Positions 28,804-37,772 of a stretch of DNA of 64,000 bases are shown here, in pieces. Positions within the stretch are counted from its first letter, which is position 1. The number at the start of each line of letters is the position of its first letter. The stretch is from assembly GCA_016194705.1 (NCBI GenBank), contig JACQAZ010000046.1, forward strand, positions 2,372 to 66,371, read 5' to 3'. The notes below the pieces were generated by a model. It saw only the letters and a program-made list of their open reading frames with translations. It had not been told where the DNA came from and did no database searches. The position numbers and the translations under genes were made by a program. The stretch comes from Elusimicrobiota bacterium (GTDB lineage: Bacteria; Elusimicrobiota; Elusimicrobia; UBA1565; UBA9628).

Positions 28804-30030
28804 CTAGAGCCTCACGCGCGCCAGTCCGCTTCTCGTCCCGACCCACAGGGTCCTCGTCCCGTCGAAGGCGACCGCGCTGACGTCGTCCCCCGGCAGGCCG
28901 TCTCTTCGCGCTACGCGCGTCCAAGACCCGTCGCGCAGGAGATGCAGCCCGTCTTCGCGCGCTCCCAACGCGATCGCCTCGCCGTCGACGGCCAGCGCGC
29001 CGACGTTGACCCAGACCTTCCGGCGCAGCGTCTTGGACTTGCCGCCTGAAAGCGAGAACAGGCCGGCGTCGTAGGTCCCGACGAGAAGCGTCCCGTTCCG
29101 AACAGCCAGGGCCGTGATCCAATCCGCCGGAAGAGGCCCGCCGAGCGCGTCGTAGCGCAGGACCTTGTCATCCCTCAAGCGGTAGAGCCCCTCGAGACCG
29201 GCAAGCCACACCGTGCGGCCTTCGACCCAGAGCTTCTGCGGGTGCTTCTCGGGCACGGCCAAGCTCGAGAGCCTCCCGCGAGTCCAGACCAGCACGCGGC
29301 CGGATTGGGCGATGTAAGTGGAGCCCCGGGAAAAAAAGAGAGCGGAGGACGGCTCCCGCAGACGCGGCTCGTCCGGCGCGACGGCGCGGCCGTCCGAGAT
29401 CCAGAAGACGCCCTTCTCCGTCGCGCCCCAAAGCCTTTCCCCATCCCAGGACACGTCGTCGACCCATTCCGAGGGAAGTCCCTCCGCGAGGCCCCAGTGC
29501 CGCCACACTCCCGACGAAAGGCTCGAGAGCCCGCCGTCGAAATGACCGATCCAAAGGGCGCCGCCGCCGACCGCCAGGGCGTTGACGTTCTCTTCGGGCA
29601 GGGATCTCAAGCCGACAAGCGAGACTCCGCGATGTGAAACGAGAAAGAGGCCGTGCTCGCCGCCGCAGAGCAGGCCGACGGGAGACGCGGCCAGCGCGGT
29701 GACGACGTCGGGGGTTCCGGCGACGCGCTCGCCGGAGGGCAGACGGCGCAGGCCGCCTCCGAATGTGCCGGCATAGCCGTCGACGCGCGCGGTGACCGGG
29801 AAACCCTCGACGGGAGGAAGCGCCGCGGCAGGCGGGGCCGCGCTCGGTTCATCCGAGACGGCCTCGGCTCGCAGCCCCGGCGAGAACGACAGGCGGTAGG
29901 CGCCGCCCGTCGTCGAGACAAGAGCCGAGTCTCGATGGACCTCTATCGCGACGATGCGGGAGTAGCTTGGGAACCGCTCGATCTCGAGCCCGAATGCGCC
30001 GGCGCAGAGCAGCCAGAGCCACGCGTTCAC
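28804..30030 (-). CDS. Exported beta-propeller protein (two-component-regulator-propeller-like repeats)
   Basis: Repeats such as ALWIGHFDGGLS..GLPSEWVDDV, LLVGTYDAGL, GLPGDDVSAV and LWVGTRSGL; signal peptide. Confidence 0.8.
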   Translation of the reverse strand: MNAWLWLLCAGAFGLEIERFPSYSRIVAIEVHRDSALVSTTGGAYRLSFSPGLRAEAVSDEPSAAPPAAALPPVEGFPVTARVDGYAGTFGGGLRRLPSGERVAGTPDVVTALAASPVGLLCGGEHGLFLVSHRGVSLVGLRSLPEENVNALAVGGGALWIGHFDGGLSSLSSGVWRHWGLAEGLPSEWVDDVSWDGERLWGATEKGVFWISDGRAVAPDEPRLREPSSALFFSRGSTYIAQSGRVLVWTRGRLSSLAVPEKHPQKLWVEGRTVWLAGLEGLYRLRDDKVLRYDALGGPLPADWITALAVRNGTLLVGTYDAGLFSLSGGKSKTLRRKVWVNVGALAVDGEAIALGAREDGLHLLRDGSWTRVARRDGLPGDDVSAVAFDGTRTLWVGTRSGLARVRL

Positions 30031-32645
30031 GGCAGGGCGACCCGCTCGAGGCTGATGTTGCCCGCGAAGTCGACGGCTTCGACGATCGCGGTCCCGCGGC
30101 CGGCGACCTTCGCCTTCCAGATGAACTCCCCGGGCCTGTCCTCGAGCTTGAAGGCGACCAGCTGCCCGCCGGGCGCGCGCACCCGCAAGCGCTTGATGTC
30201 GTGCACGATCGTCATGGCTCCGCGAGGGCCGGACCTCTGTTCGAGCACGAAGGCCTTGGGCCGCACCGTGAGCTCGACCTCGGAGCCGACGCGCTTGGCC
30301 GCGATCTCGAGGACGGGGGCCTTCGAGTCCACGGTGTAGGAGGCCTCCATCGCAGTGCGGGACCCGTCAGAACCGACGCACAGGATCCGGATCAGATATT
30401 TTCCGTCCGGGACCGAGCGCGGCACGAGGAAGCGGCAGGCCCAGCGCTCGCGTCCGGGGTCGTAGGCGCAAAGCTGGCGGCGCCCGAAGGGAAAGTCGGC
30501 GATGACGGCTGCGGTGCCCTGCGGGGCGGCGATCATCAGCACCGGGTCTCCGGGCTTCATGCGCGGGATCGAGACCACCGCGTTTTCCTTGCCGAAGGTG
30601 CCCTCGAAGCTCACTCCCTCGGGCATCTCGGTCGGGATCAGCACGGTCTGCAGCGGGACGTTCATCCCCTCGCGAAGAGTCCGCTCCACGGCGACAAAAG
30701 ACGTGTACCGGGTCATGAGCTTGTACTTCAGGCCCAGCGTCTTGACTTGCTCGACGATGTCCGACTTGTCTCCCGAGAATTGACGGGCCATGAGCCCCTC
30801 GATCCGGCGGCGCGCCCAGAGGGGCGCGAGCACGGAGTTGGCCTTGCGCTCCTTGGGCAGCGGCACGGCGAGCCTGGCCTCGTACTTGCGGCCCGCGATG
30901 GTCCCGGTCAGGCGGATCGTGCCGCTCGAGGGCCCCGAGTAGCGGGCGAACACGTAGAGCGGCTGGGCGTCGAAGAGGTCGGGCAAGGTCTCCGGATAGA
31001 GGTCGGTCACGGGCAGCCCGCCCCAGTCGAGCTTGAGGTCGAGCAGCAGGGGATTGCGCACGCGCCGGTAGAACAATTCGACGGCCTTGTCCCCGTTCTG
31101 GTCGTTGCGCACGAACTGGGCGAAGCCCCGGCCGACCTTGGCCATGCTCTCGAGGAGATAACGGTTGACCGACGAGCCCACGCCAAAGGAGAAGATCCGC
31201 GCGTCTCCTAGGCGCTGCTCGATCGCGGCCAGGACCTCGGTCTCGTTGCCGATGTAGCCGTCGGTCAGGAAGAAGACCATGCGCCTTCGCCCGGGCTCGC
31301 GCGGCGGGTCCAGCGCCGCGCGCATGCCTTTGAGAAGCTCGGTGCCGCCGCGTGTGTTCAAGGCGTTGACCCAGGAGAGCGCGGAGCGGATGTTGTCGGG
31401 CGTGCCGGGCAGGGCGTTGGGCGAGAACACCTCGGGATTGTCGTCGAAGCGGATCACGCGGAAGGTGTCGCGCGGGTTCATGTCCTTGAGCGCGCGCCGC
31501 ACGAGCTGCTTCTCCTTGGCCAGCGGCTCGCCCGACTGCGAGCCGGAGGTGTCGACGACGAAGACCATCTCCTTGGGCTGGATCTCGGAGGCCTTGAAGC
31601 TGGCCTGCGGCTGGATGAGCATCATCAGATAGCCGTCGTCCTTGACCCGGTGGGAGACGACCGCGATCTCGGGCTTGCGCGCCCGCAGGCCCCACTCCAC
31701 GGTCAGGTCCTTGTTCGGTATGACGTCGTTGGGCGAGAGGCGCACGCGGGTGCGCCCCGGCGCGGGACGGTCGACCTTGATCTCATGGGAAATGCTGTGA
31801 AGCCCCTCGATGGGCAGCCCCGGCGCCAGCTCGAGCGAGACGGCGATGTCGTGGCCCGAGCGCTCTCCGGGCAAGAGAGGGTGCGGCGTTATGCGCGAGG
31901 CGTCCGGCACGCGATCGGTGTCGGGCGACCAGCCCTGCCCCTTGTCTTTTCCCCCCGTCGGCGAGCCTGGGATGTATCTCGGGCCGACGACCATCGGGAA
32001 GACGAAGCGGTAGCGGCCGGCGTCGTAGGCCAGCTCGTGGACGTACTTGACTTGGACGAAGACCTTCTCGCCGGGCGGGATGTTGGCGACCGACTGCGTG
32101 AAGATGTTGGGGCGTTCCTGCTCGAGCAGGGCCGCGACATGGCCCGAGGCCTTGGCGCTCTCGTAGATCTTCTTGGCCTGCTCGCGCTCGTGGACCTCGC
32201 TCGTGACGACGCGGCTCGAGATGCGCATGAACATGTCGGTGACGGCGGCGTTCTCGGGCAGGGGGAAGGTGTAGATCGCCTCGATGCGCTCTTTATGCGG
32301 GTTCGAGTAGAGCTGGCTGACCTCGACGCGCGCGAACCCGCCCGAGACCTCGGCCTTGACCTCCGTGTGCTCGAGGACGAACGGCCCGAGCTTGACTCCC
32401 TCGCGCACGGCCATGAAGCCGCCGGAGGGCAATTCCGAGGACGAGAGGGAGACCCGGGATACGGGAGGCGGCGCAGGCTCGGGGGCGTCGGCTTCGAGAG
32501 GAGCGGCAGCCGGGACCGCCGAGACGCCGGTCGCGGCGGCGACCGCGGCGGCCTTTTTTTGGTCCGGCTCAGGCAGGCATGCCACCATGAGAGCCGCCAG
32601 TGAGATCGCGAGCGCGACGACGAGTCCGAGTGTGCGGGGGGCCAT
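30027..32645 (-). CDS. VIT + vWA domain protein with C-terminal extension, possible lipoprotein
   Basis: VIT: IEAIYTFPLPENAAV and LLEQERPNIFTQSVANI. vWA MIDAS: VFVVDTSGSQSG, FFLTDGY and FGVGSSVNRYLL. ATG 32645 follows a G-rich SD. Confidence 0.9.
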   Translation of the reverse strand: MAPRTLGLVVALAISLAALMVACLPEPDQKKAAAVAAATGVSAVPAAAPLEADAPEPAPPPVSRVSLSSSELPSGGFMAVREGVKLGPFVLEHTEVKAEVSGGFARVEVSQLYSNPHKERIEAIYTFPLPENAAVTDMFMRISSRVVTSEVHEREQAKKIYESAKASGHVAALLEQERPNIFTQSVANIPPGEKVFVQVKYVHELAYDAGRYRFVFPMVVGPRYIPGSPTGGKDKGQGWSPDTDRVPDASRITPHPLLPGERSGHDIAVSLELAPGLPIEGLHSISHEIKVDRPAPGRTRVRLSPNDVIPNKDLTVEWGLRARKPEIAVVSHRVKDDGYLMMLIQPQASFKASEIQPKEMVFVVDTSGSQSGEPLAKEKQLVRRALKDMNPRDTFRVIRFDDNPEVFSPNALPGTPDNIRSALSWVNALNTRGGTELLKGMRAALDPPREPGRRRMVFFLTDGYIGNETEVLAAIEQRLGDARIFSFGVGSSVNRYLLESMAKVGRGFAQFVRNDQNGDKAVELFYRRVRNPLLLDLKLDWGGLPVTDLYPETLPDLFDAQPLYVFARYSGPSSGTIRLTGTIAGRKYEARLAVPLPKERKANSVLAPLWARRRIEGLMARQFSGDKSDIVEQVKTLGLKYKLMTRYTSFVAVERTLREGMNVPLQTVLIPTEMPEGVSFEGTFGKENAVVSIPRMKPGDPVLMIAAPQGTAAVIADFPFGRRQLCAYDPGRERWACRFLVPRSVPDGKYLIRILCVGSDGSRTAMEASYTVDSKAPVLEIAAKRVGSEVELTVRPKAFVLEQRSGPRGAMTIVHDIKRLRVRAPGGQLVAFKLEDRPGEFIWKAKVAGRGTAIVEAVDFAGNISLERVALP

Positions 32646-32675
32646 GCCCCCTATACCCCGCAGGACCGCCAAAGA

Positions 32676-34439
32676 TTACAGCGGCAAGGTGAAGTAGAAC
32701 TCGCTGCCCTGGCCGGGCGCGCCGCGCAGCCCGACGGCGCCGCCGTGGGCCTCGACGACGTTCTTCGCGAAGGCCAGGCCCAGGCCGAAGCCGGGGATCT
32801 GGCCCGTGAAATGCTCGTCGATCTGGTAGAACTTGCGGAAGAGCCTGCCCTGCTCCTCGCCCGGGATGCCCGGGCCGTTGTCGCGCACCGAGACCCTCAG
32901 CGAGTCCCCCTCCTTGACCGCCGCGATCTCGACGAGCTTGCGCGGCGCGCGGTTGAACTTCACCGCGTTCTCGATGAGGTTGGCCAGGACCTCCTTGATC
33001 AGAAGCGGGTCGATCCTCGCCTTGGGAAGCCCGGAACAAACGGCCGGGTCCCATTTCAGGTCGACCGAGTCGTCGAGGATCGCGGACATCGTCCTGATGG
33101 CCTGATCGATGACTTCGGCCAGCGAGTTGTCCGCCCGCTCCAGCACGATGTTCTCGGGGCTCTGCGCCGCCGAGAAGGTGATCAGCTTCTCGACCAGGCG
33201 CCGCAGTTTCTCGTTCTCCTTCTCGACGGTGGCCAAAGCCTTGCTCTGGTTCGGCGTCAAGTTGGCGCTCTCTCCCCGCATGACCTCGAGGAAGCCGAGC
33301 GCGACGGCCAGCGGGGTCCTGAGCTTGTGCGTGACCAAGGACAGGAAGCTGCGCGCAAGGGTCTCGCCCCTCTTCTCCAAGGTCGCGTCGTGGAATATGA
33401 ACAGGAAGCCGGCGGGATTGTCCTCGTCGCCGAGCCGGTCGGCCACGCCGGAAAGGATCAGGAGCTTGGGCTCCCGGCGCTCGAACTGGAACGGGGTGAT
33501 GCGCGCGCGTCCCTCGAGGATGTCGCGGATCTCGGGAGTCGATTTGTGCTCGGGCTCCAAGGCCCTCTGCAGCGCGTCGTCGCTGCGCTCCTGGCGGCCC
33601 AGCAGAGCCCGCGCGGAGGGGTTGATCAGCGCGATGCGGCCCGCCGCGTCGCAGAGCACGATCCCCTCCTTGGTCGCGTCGAAGATGCCGGCGAGCTTCT
33701 CGCGCTCCTCCCCGAGCCTGCGGAACAGCGTCGCGTTAGCCGAGGCCATCTCGTTGAACGCCCGGGAGAGCGTGCCGATCTCGTCGGCCGAGTCCCAATC
33801 GACCCGGACGCCGAAATTGCCCTTCCCGGCCTCGCGCGCGGCCGCGGCGAGCATGGGGAGCGGCCGAGTGATCCAGCCCGCGATCGTCACCGTCAAGAGG
33901 ACCGCCAGCGCGGTCGCCGCGGCCGTGACGGCGATGATGTCGCGCCTCGGCCCGCCCAGCGCGGCGTCCAGGGAGGACTCGTTGAAGCCGATCCGGGCCG
34001 TCCCGACGCGGCGCGAGCCGACCGAGATCGGGGCGCTGAGGTCGTAGCCGAGGCGGCCGTCGGGGCCGCGGAAGCGCTGGAGCTCGATCTCGCTCGAGGC
34101 CAGAGCCTTGCGCGAGAACGGGTCCGTCAGGACCACTCCGATGAGCTTCGGGTCGGAATGCGAGAGCGTCTTTCCGCCCTTGTCGAGGACGGCCGCGTAG
34201 GTGACCGCCCTTTCCTTGAGCATCTCCTCGACGTTGAAGTGCAGCGAGAACGCGTCGCGCTTGGGGAAGATCGCCTCGCGCGACTGACGGGCGAAGAACT
34301 GGGCGCGCACCTTCATCTCGCCGATGAGGCCCTCCTCGATGCCGGAGAATATCCTTCGCGCCATGAGCCCGATGACCGCCAGGACGCACAACGAGGTCAG
34401 GACCGAGAGCTTGAAGGAGATCGACCGCAGCGGGTTCAT
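32676..34439 (-). CDS. Sensor histidine kinase (TM-HAMP-PAS-HisKA-HATPase)
   Basis: HAMP DEIGTLSRAFNEM; PAS INPSARALLG; H-box VTHKLRTPL; NLIENAVKF, DNGPGI and GFGLGLA. Confidence 0.93.
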   Translation of the reverse strand: MNPLRSISFKLSVLTSLCVLAVIGLMARRIFSGIEEGLIGEMKVRAQFFARQSREAIFPKRDAFSLHFNVEEMLKERAVTYAAVLDKGGKTLSHSDPKLIGVVLTDPFSRKALASSEIELQRFRGPDGRLGYDLSAPISVGSRRVGTARIGFNESSLDAALGGPRRDIIAVTAAATALAVLLTVTIAGWITRPLPMLAAAAREAGKGNFGVRVDWDSADEIGTLSRAFNEMASANATLFRRLGEEREKLAGIFDATKEGIVLCDAAGRIALINPSARALLGRQERSDDALQRALEPEHKSTPEIRDILEGRARITPFQFERREPKLLILSGVADRLGDEDNPAGFLFIFHDATLEKRGETLARSFLSLVTHKLRTPLAVALGFLEVMRGESANLTPNQSKALATVEKENEKLRRLVEKLITFSAAQSPENIVLERADNSLAEVIDQAIRTMSAILDDSVDLKWDPAVCSGLPKARIDPLLIKEVLANLIENAVKFNRAPRKLVEIAAVKEGDSLRVSVRDNGPGIPGEEQGRLFRKFYQIDEHFTGQIPGFGLGLAFAKNVVEAHGGAVGLRGAPGQGSEFYFTLPL

Positions 34440-34440
34440 C

Positions 34441-34731
34441 TCAAGGCCCGCCGGCCTTTTGGGCGGCCATGATGCGCCGCCTCAGCGAGACGGCGTCGGG
34501 GTTCGAGGGTTCCAGGGCGAGGATCCGCTTGACGAGCCCCAGGGATTGCGCATAATCGCCGCGCGTGTAGGCGCTGACGGCCAGGAAGTAGTCGCGGTCG
34601 ATCTCGGTCCGCTGCTCGGCTGAGACCGTCCTCGGCGGCGGGGGCAGCGGCTTCTTGGGCGGCGGCGCGGACGCGCAGCCCCAAAGGAGCGTCAAGGCCA
34701 AGGCCGCCGCCGCGAAGCCGTCCGATCGCAT
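34441..34731 (-). CDS. Small lipoprotein with TPR-like segment
   Basis: Lipobox LLWGC, Pro-rich linker, YTRGDYAQSLGLVKRILALEPSN. TATAAT lies 6 nt upstream of the ATG. Confidence 0.75.
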   Translation of the reverse strand: MRSDGFAAAALALTLLWGCASAPPPKKPLPPPPRTVSAEQRTEIDRDYFLAVSAYTRGDYAQSLGLVKRILALEPSNPDAVSLRRRIMAAQKAGGP

Positions 34732-34778
34732 GGCCCTATTATAGCTCTCTGCGCCCGCCCGTGACTCGTATCGACTGC

Positions 34779-34792
34779 GTGACCAAAGTCAC
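34779..34792. promoter_or_regulatory. Palindromic site GTGA-N6-TCAC (CRP/FNR-like) between divergent promoters
   Basis: GTGACCAAAGTCAC lies between TATAAT (minus strand, 34738-34743) and TG-n-TATAAC (plus strand, 34802-34810). Confidence 0.4.
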
Positions 34793-34851
34793 TCGAACTT
34801 TTGGTATAACCAGCCGTAATAGTCGCAAGACAGTCAATGGGAGGCATTGAA

Positions 34852-35598
34852 ATGACGAATCGACTCGCCGCAGCCGTCCTGGGATTGGCGCTCTTGATCA
34901 CCGCCGGCGACGCTCACGCAGGGAAGAAGGCCGGCGGCGGCGGGAGGCCAGCCAAGCAGGCCAAGGCGCCCAAGCCGCCGAGGCCGCAAAAACAGGCCAA
35001 GCCGCGGGGCAAGCCCGAGAACAGAAATAACTTCCAAAGGGAGCATCCCCGCCGGACCCAGGTCCTCAAGCGCGAGGATCGCCAGAACAACCACGTGAAC
35101 AAGGATCTCACGGGCAAGAAGCTGACCTATCAGCAGGGCTCGAAGATCAAGGCCGAGGAGCAAGGCATCAGGCGCCAAGAGCAGGCCGAGGCCAAGGCCA
35201 ACGGAGGCCGCATCACCAAGGCCGAGCAAAAACAGCTGAACAGGGAGGAAACCAAGGTCGGGCGCGAAATCAATCGCGACGAGCGCAAAGACGCGGCGAA
35301 GATCAAGCCCGAGGACCGCAAGGCCTTCGAGGAAAATCACCCTCGGCGCACCGAGGTCCTCAAGCGCGAGGACAAACAGGTCAAGCAGGTGGACCACGCG
35401 CTGACAGACAAAAAGCTGACCTACCAGCAGGGCTCAAAGATCAGGACCGAGGAGCGAGGCATCCGGCGCCAGGAGCAGGCCGAGGCGAAAGCCAACGGCG
35501 GCTACATCACAAAGGACCAGCAGAAGCAGCTCAACAAGGAAGAAAACAAGGTCGAAGGCGAGATCAAGCGCGACGAACGCAAGGACGCCGGTCAATAG
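34852..35598 (+). CDS. Exported, highly charged protein with two ~98-aa tandem repeats
   Basis: SD GGGAGG; signal peptide; two copies of HPRRT.VLKRED.Q...KKLTYQQGSKI..EE.GIRRQEQAEAKANGG.ITK..QKQLN.EE at a 294-nt period. Confidence 0.8.
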   Translation: MTNRLAAAVLGLALLITAGDAHAGKKAGGGGRPAKQAKAPKPPRPQKQAKPRGKPENRNNFQREHPRRTQVLKREDRQNNHVNKDLTGKKLTYQQGSKIKAEEQGIRRQEQAEAKANGGRITKAEQKQLNREETKVGREINRDERKDAAKIKPEDRKAFEENHPRRTEVLKREDKQVKQVDHALTDKKLTYQQGSKIRTEERGIRRQEQAEAKANGGYITKDQQKQLNKEENKVEGEIKRDERKDAGQ

Positions 35599-35606
35599 GC
35601 GCCGGG

Positions 35607-36740
35607 TCACGGCGACGCGCGGGCATGATGATGGTGCCCGCCGAAGCGGACCTCGGGCTCCATCTCGGATTCCTCGGCCAAAGAGTAGCGCGTCTTCAGA
35701 TCGTCCCAGACCGGCATGGCGAGGACCTTGAGCAGCGAGACGTTGATCCTCTTGCGCAGGCCGCTGCGGGCGGGCAGTTGGAAAGCGTACATCGAGCGCC
35801 GCCGCATCTTGACAGGCTCGATGAGGAAGCGCTCGTCCGGGTGATGGTCGCGGTACCACCGCAGCATCTCGTCCGCGGCGAAGAAGGCGTCCGTCCTGCC
35901 TTCGAGCACGTCCCGGACTCCATCGCCGACTCCCTGAGCGGGAGTAAAGTCGGCGCCCACGCTCCTCAGGAGCTCCGCGCCAGCGCTCAGCCCTCCCGCT
36001 CCGATCTTGATTTTTTTCAATTCGGAAAGCTCCATGAACCTTCCCGTGGATTGGCGGGCCACCATGGTCGAGGCCAATGAGGCGGTGAAGGTGCTCAGCG
36101 CCAGCGCGCAGCACAGCAGCCAGCACAGAGCGAACACGCGGCCAGCCGGCGATTTGAGCGCCACCCCCTCGCAAGTGCCGGAGGTGAAGGTCGAGCCCAC
36201 CCAATAGATCCCCGCCAGAATCCCGCGGCCGCCTTTGCCGCCGAAATGCTCGTGATTGTGCCTGCGCTCCAACCGCCACACGAAGCAGCCCAGGATGACC
36301 ATCGCGACGCCGATGGGAGCCAGCAAGGACAGCGTGCCCCAGGAAAAGAAGATCTTGATCGCGGCCCACCAGGGGTGGTCGCGCGCCTCGGGACGCAGCG
36401 CCAGCGCCATCCCGCCGGTATAGAAGGGGTGGGACAAATCGAACGCCTCCTCACGCTCCGGGGTCAGCGCCAGGGGCGTGGCGCAGAGATCGACCTTCCC
36501 GCGGCGCAGCCCCTCCTTCATCTGCTCGATGCCGAGTTCCCGGAACTCGTAGTCGACCTTCAGGTCCCGGGCGATCTCGTCCCAAAGCTCGACCCCGAGG
36601 CCGCTCCATCTGCCCATGGAATCCTTCATCGCGAAGGGAGGAAAGCCCCGGACGCCGACGACGAGCCTGCGCGCGGCGCCGCAGGGCGCGGGAACGGCGA
36701 GCCAGGCCGCCAACAGGACGGCCGTCCGCGCCGCGCTCAC
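35607..36740 (-). CDS. GluR0-like protein: split periplasmic ligand-binding domain flanking TM-pore-TM
   Basis: PPFAMK..GRWSGLGVELW, LTPEREEAFDLSHPFY, M1, pore helix, M2 (GRVFALCW..STFTASLAS), then the S2 lobe. GTG overlaps the upstream stop. Confidence 0.82.
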   Translation of the reverse strand: MSAARTAVLLAAWLAVPAPCGAARRLVVGVRGFPPFAMKDSMGRWSGLGVELWDEIARDLKVDYEFRELGIEQMKEGLRRGKVDLCATPLALTPEREEAFDLSHPFYTGGMALALRPEARDHPWWAAIKIFFSWGTLSLLAPIGVAMVILGCFVWRLERRHNHEHFGGKGGRGILAGIYWVGSTFTSGTCEGVALKSPAGRVFALCWLLCCALALSTFTASLASTMVARQSTGRFMELSELKKIKIGAGGLSAGAELLRSVGADFTPAQGVGDGVRDVLEGRTDAFFAADEMLRWYRDHHPDERFLIEPVKMRRRSMYAFQLPARSGLRKRINVSLLKVLAMPVWDDLKTRYSLAEESEMEPEVRFGGHHHHARASP

Positions 36741-37654
36741 GAGGAGGCCTCGGTCAGCAGGTATTTCCACACCGCCTGGCATTTGCATTCGGGTTTGAGA
36801 ACGGAGCCGTGGTAGCGCTTGGAGGCCACTTCCATGTCGGTGTAGAGGACCCGGGCGTGTCCGAAATCCGGCTTGGCCTTGTCGACGTCGGCCACGCCCA
36901 GGCCGTCGAGTCCCATCTGCCGCAGGATCTCTTTCTGCTGCTCGTGATTGCACCCGTTCCCGTTGTCCTTGACGTGGTTGAACGCGAAGAACCTGTTCAA
37001 AGGCGTCTGGGTCTCGGCGTCGAAGCCCTTGGCGGGGCGCTTGAAATGGAAGCTGTAATCCTTCGGGGAGTTGAACATGATCACCCGGGCCACCTCGTGG
37101 TACTTCCCGATGATGTAGGCGTGGCCGCCGCCTTGCGATGAGCCGGAGACCGCCACTTTTTTCCAAATGACGCCGCCGTTCTCGTCGATAAATTGATCCC
37201 AGCCCCGGCCGGACTCGCTCGAGGCCAGATGCTTGAGAAGCTTCTCCAGCCGATTGGCGATGGAGTCGGCCGGCGAGATCGTCTTGCGGGCCTTGATCCT
37301 GCCTCCCTGGATGATCGCCAGCCGGAACTTGAGATAGGCGTCCGGATCGGAGCTCTGCGAGACGGTCTTCTGGGAAGCCCACTTGTCGGGATACATCAAG
37401 GAGACGGCGTGATACCCGAGCGACGCGGCGGTCTCGCAGATCAGCATGTTTTTCGCTTTGCCCGGCTTGCCGCCGGTCCCGGGCAGGAAGACGAAGAGCT
37501 CCCCGCGAGGCTTCCCGACCGGGGGCCAGCTCAAGTGGGGATCGTTGAAATCGGAGATTCGCTCGTCGGTCTCGCTCGGCAAGGTGGCCGTCGGGGCGTC
37601 CTCGCGCGATGCGGCGGGCAGCGCGCAAACGATGACCGCCGCGGCGAGGAGCAT
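36737..37654 (-). CDS. Exported alpha/beta-hydrolase-like protein (BPSS1187-like family)
   Basis: LFVFLPGTGG, AASLGYHAVSLMYP, VAVSGSSQGGGHA (GxSxG) and FAFNHVKD; signal peptide from ATG 37654. Confidence 0.72.
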   Translation of the reverse strand: MLLAAAVIVCALPAASREDAPTATLPSETDERISDFNDPHLSWPPVGKPRGELFVFLPGTGGKPGKAKNMLICETAASLGYHAVSLMYPDKWASQKTVSQSSDPDAYLKFRLAIIQGGRIKARKTISPADSIANRLEKLLKHLASSESGRGWDQFIDENGGVIWKKVAVSGSSQGGGHAYIIGKYHEVARVIMFNSPKDYSFHFKRPAKGFDAETQTPLNRFFAFNHVKDNGNGCNHEQQKEILRQMGLDGLGVADVDKAKPDFGHARVLYTDMEVASKRYHGSVLKPECKCQAVWKYLLTEASS

Positions 37655-37772
37655 TCTCCCGGCTTCGCTTCTCACAGTCAACAGTCTTACCCCGGAAGCC
37701 CCGCTTGTCAAGCCCCTGAGTCCGGGGCCGGGGAAACAGTATAAAAGCCGCTTGTGGAAGGGCGCGTGAGCT

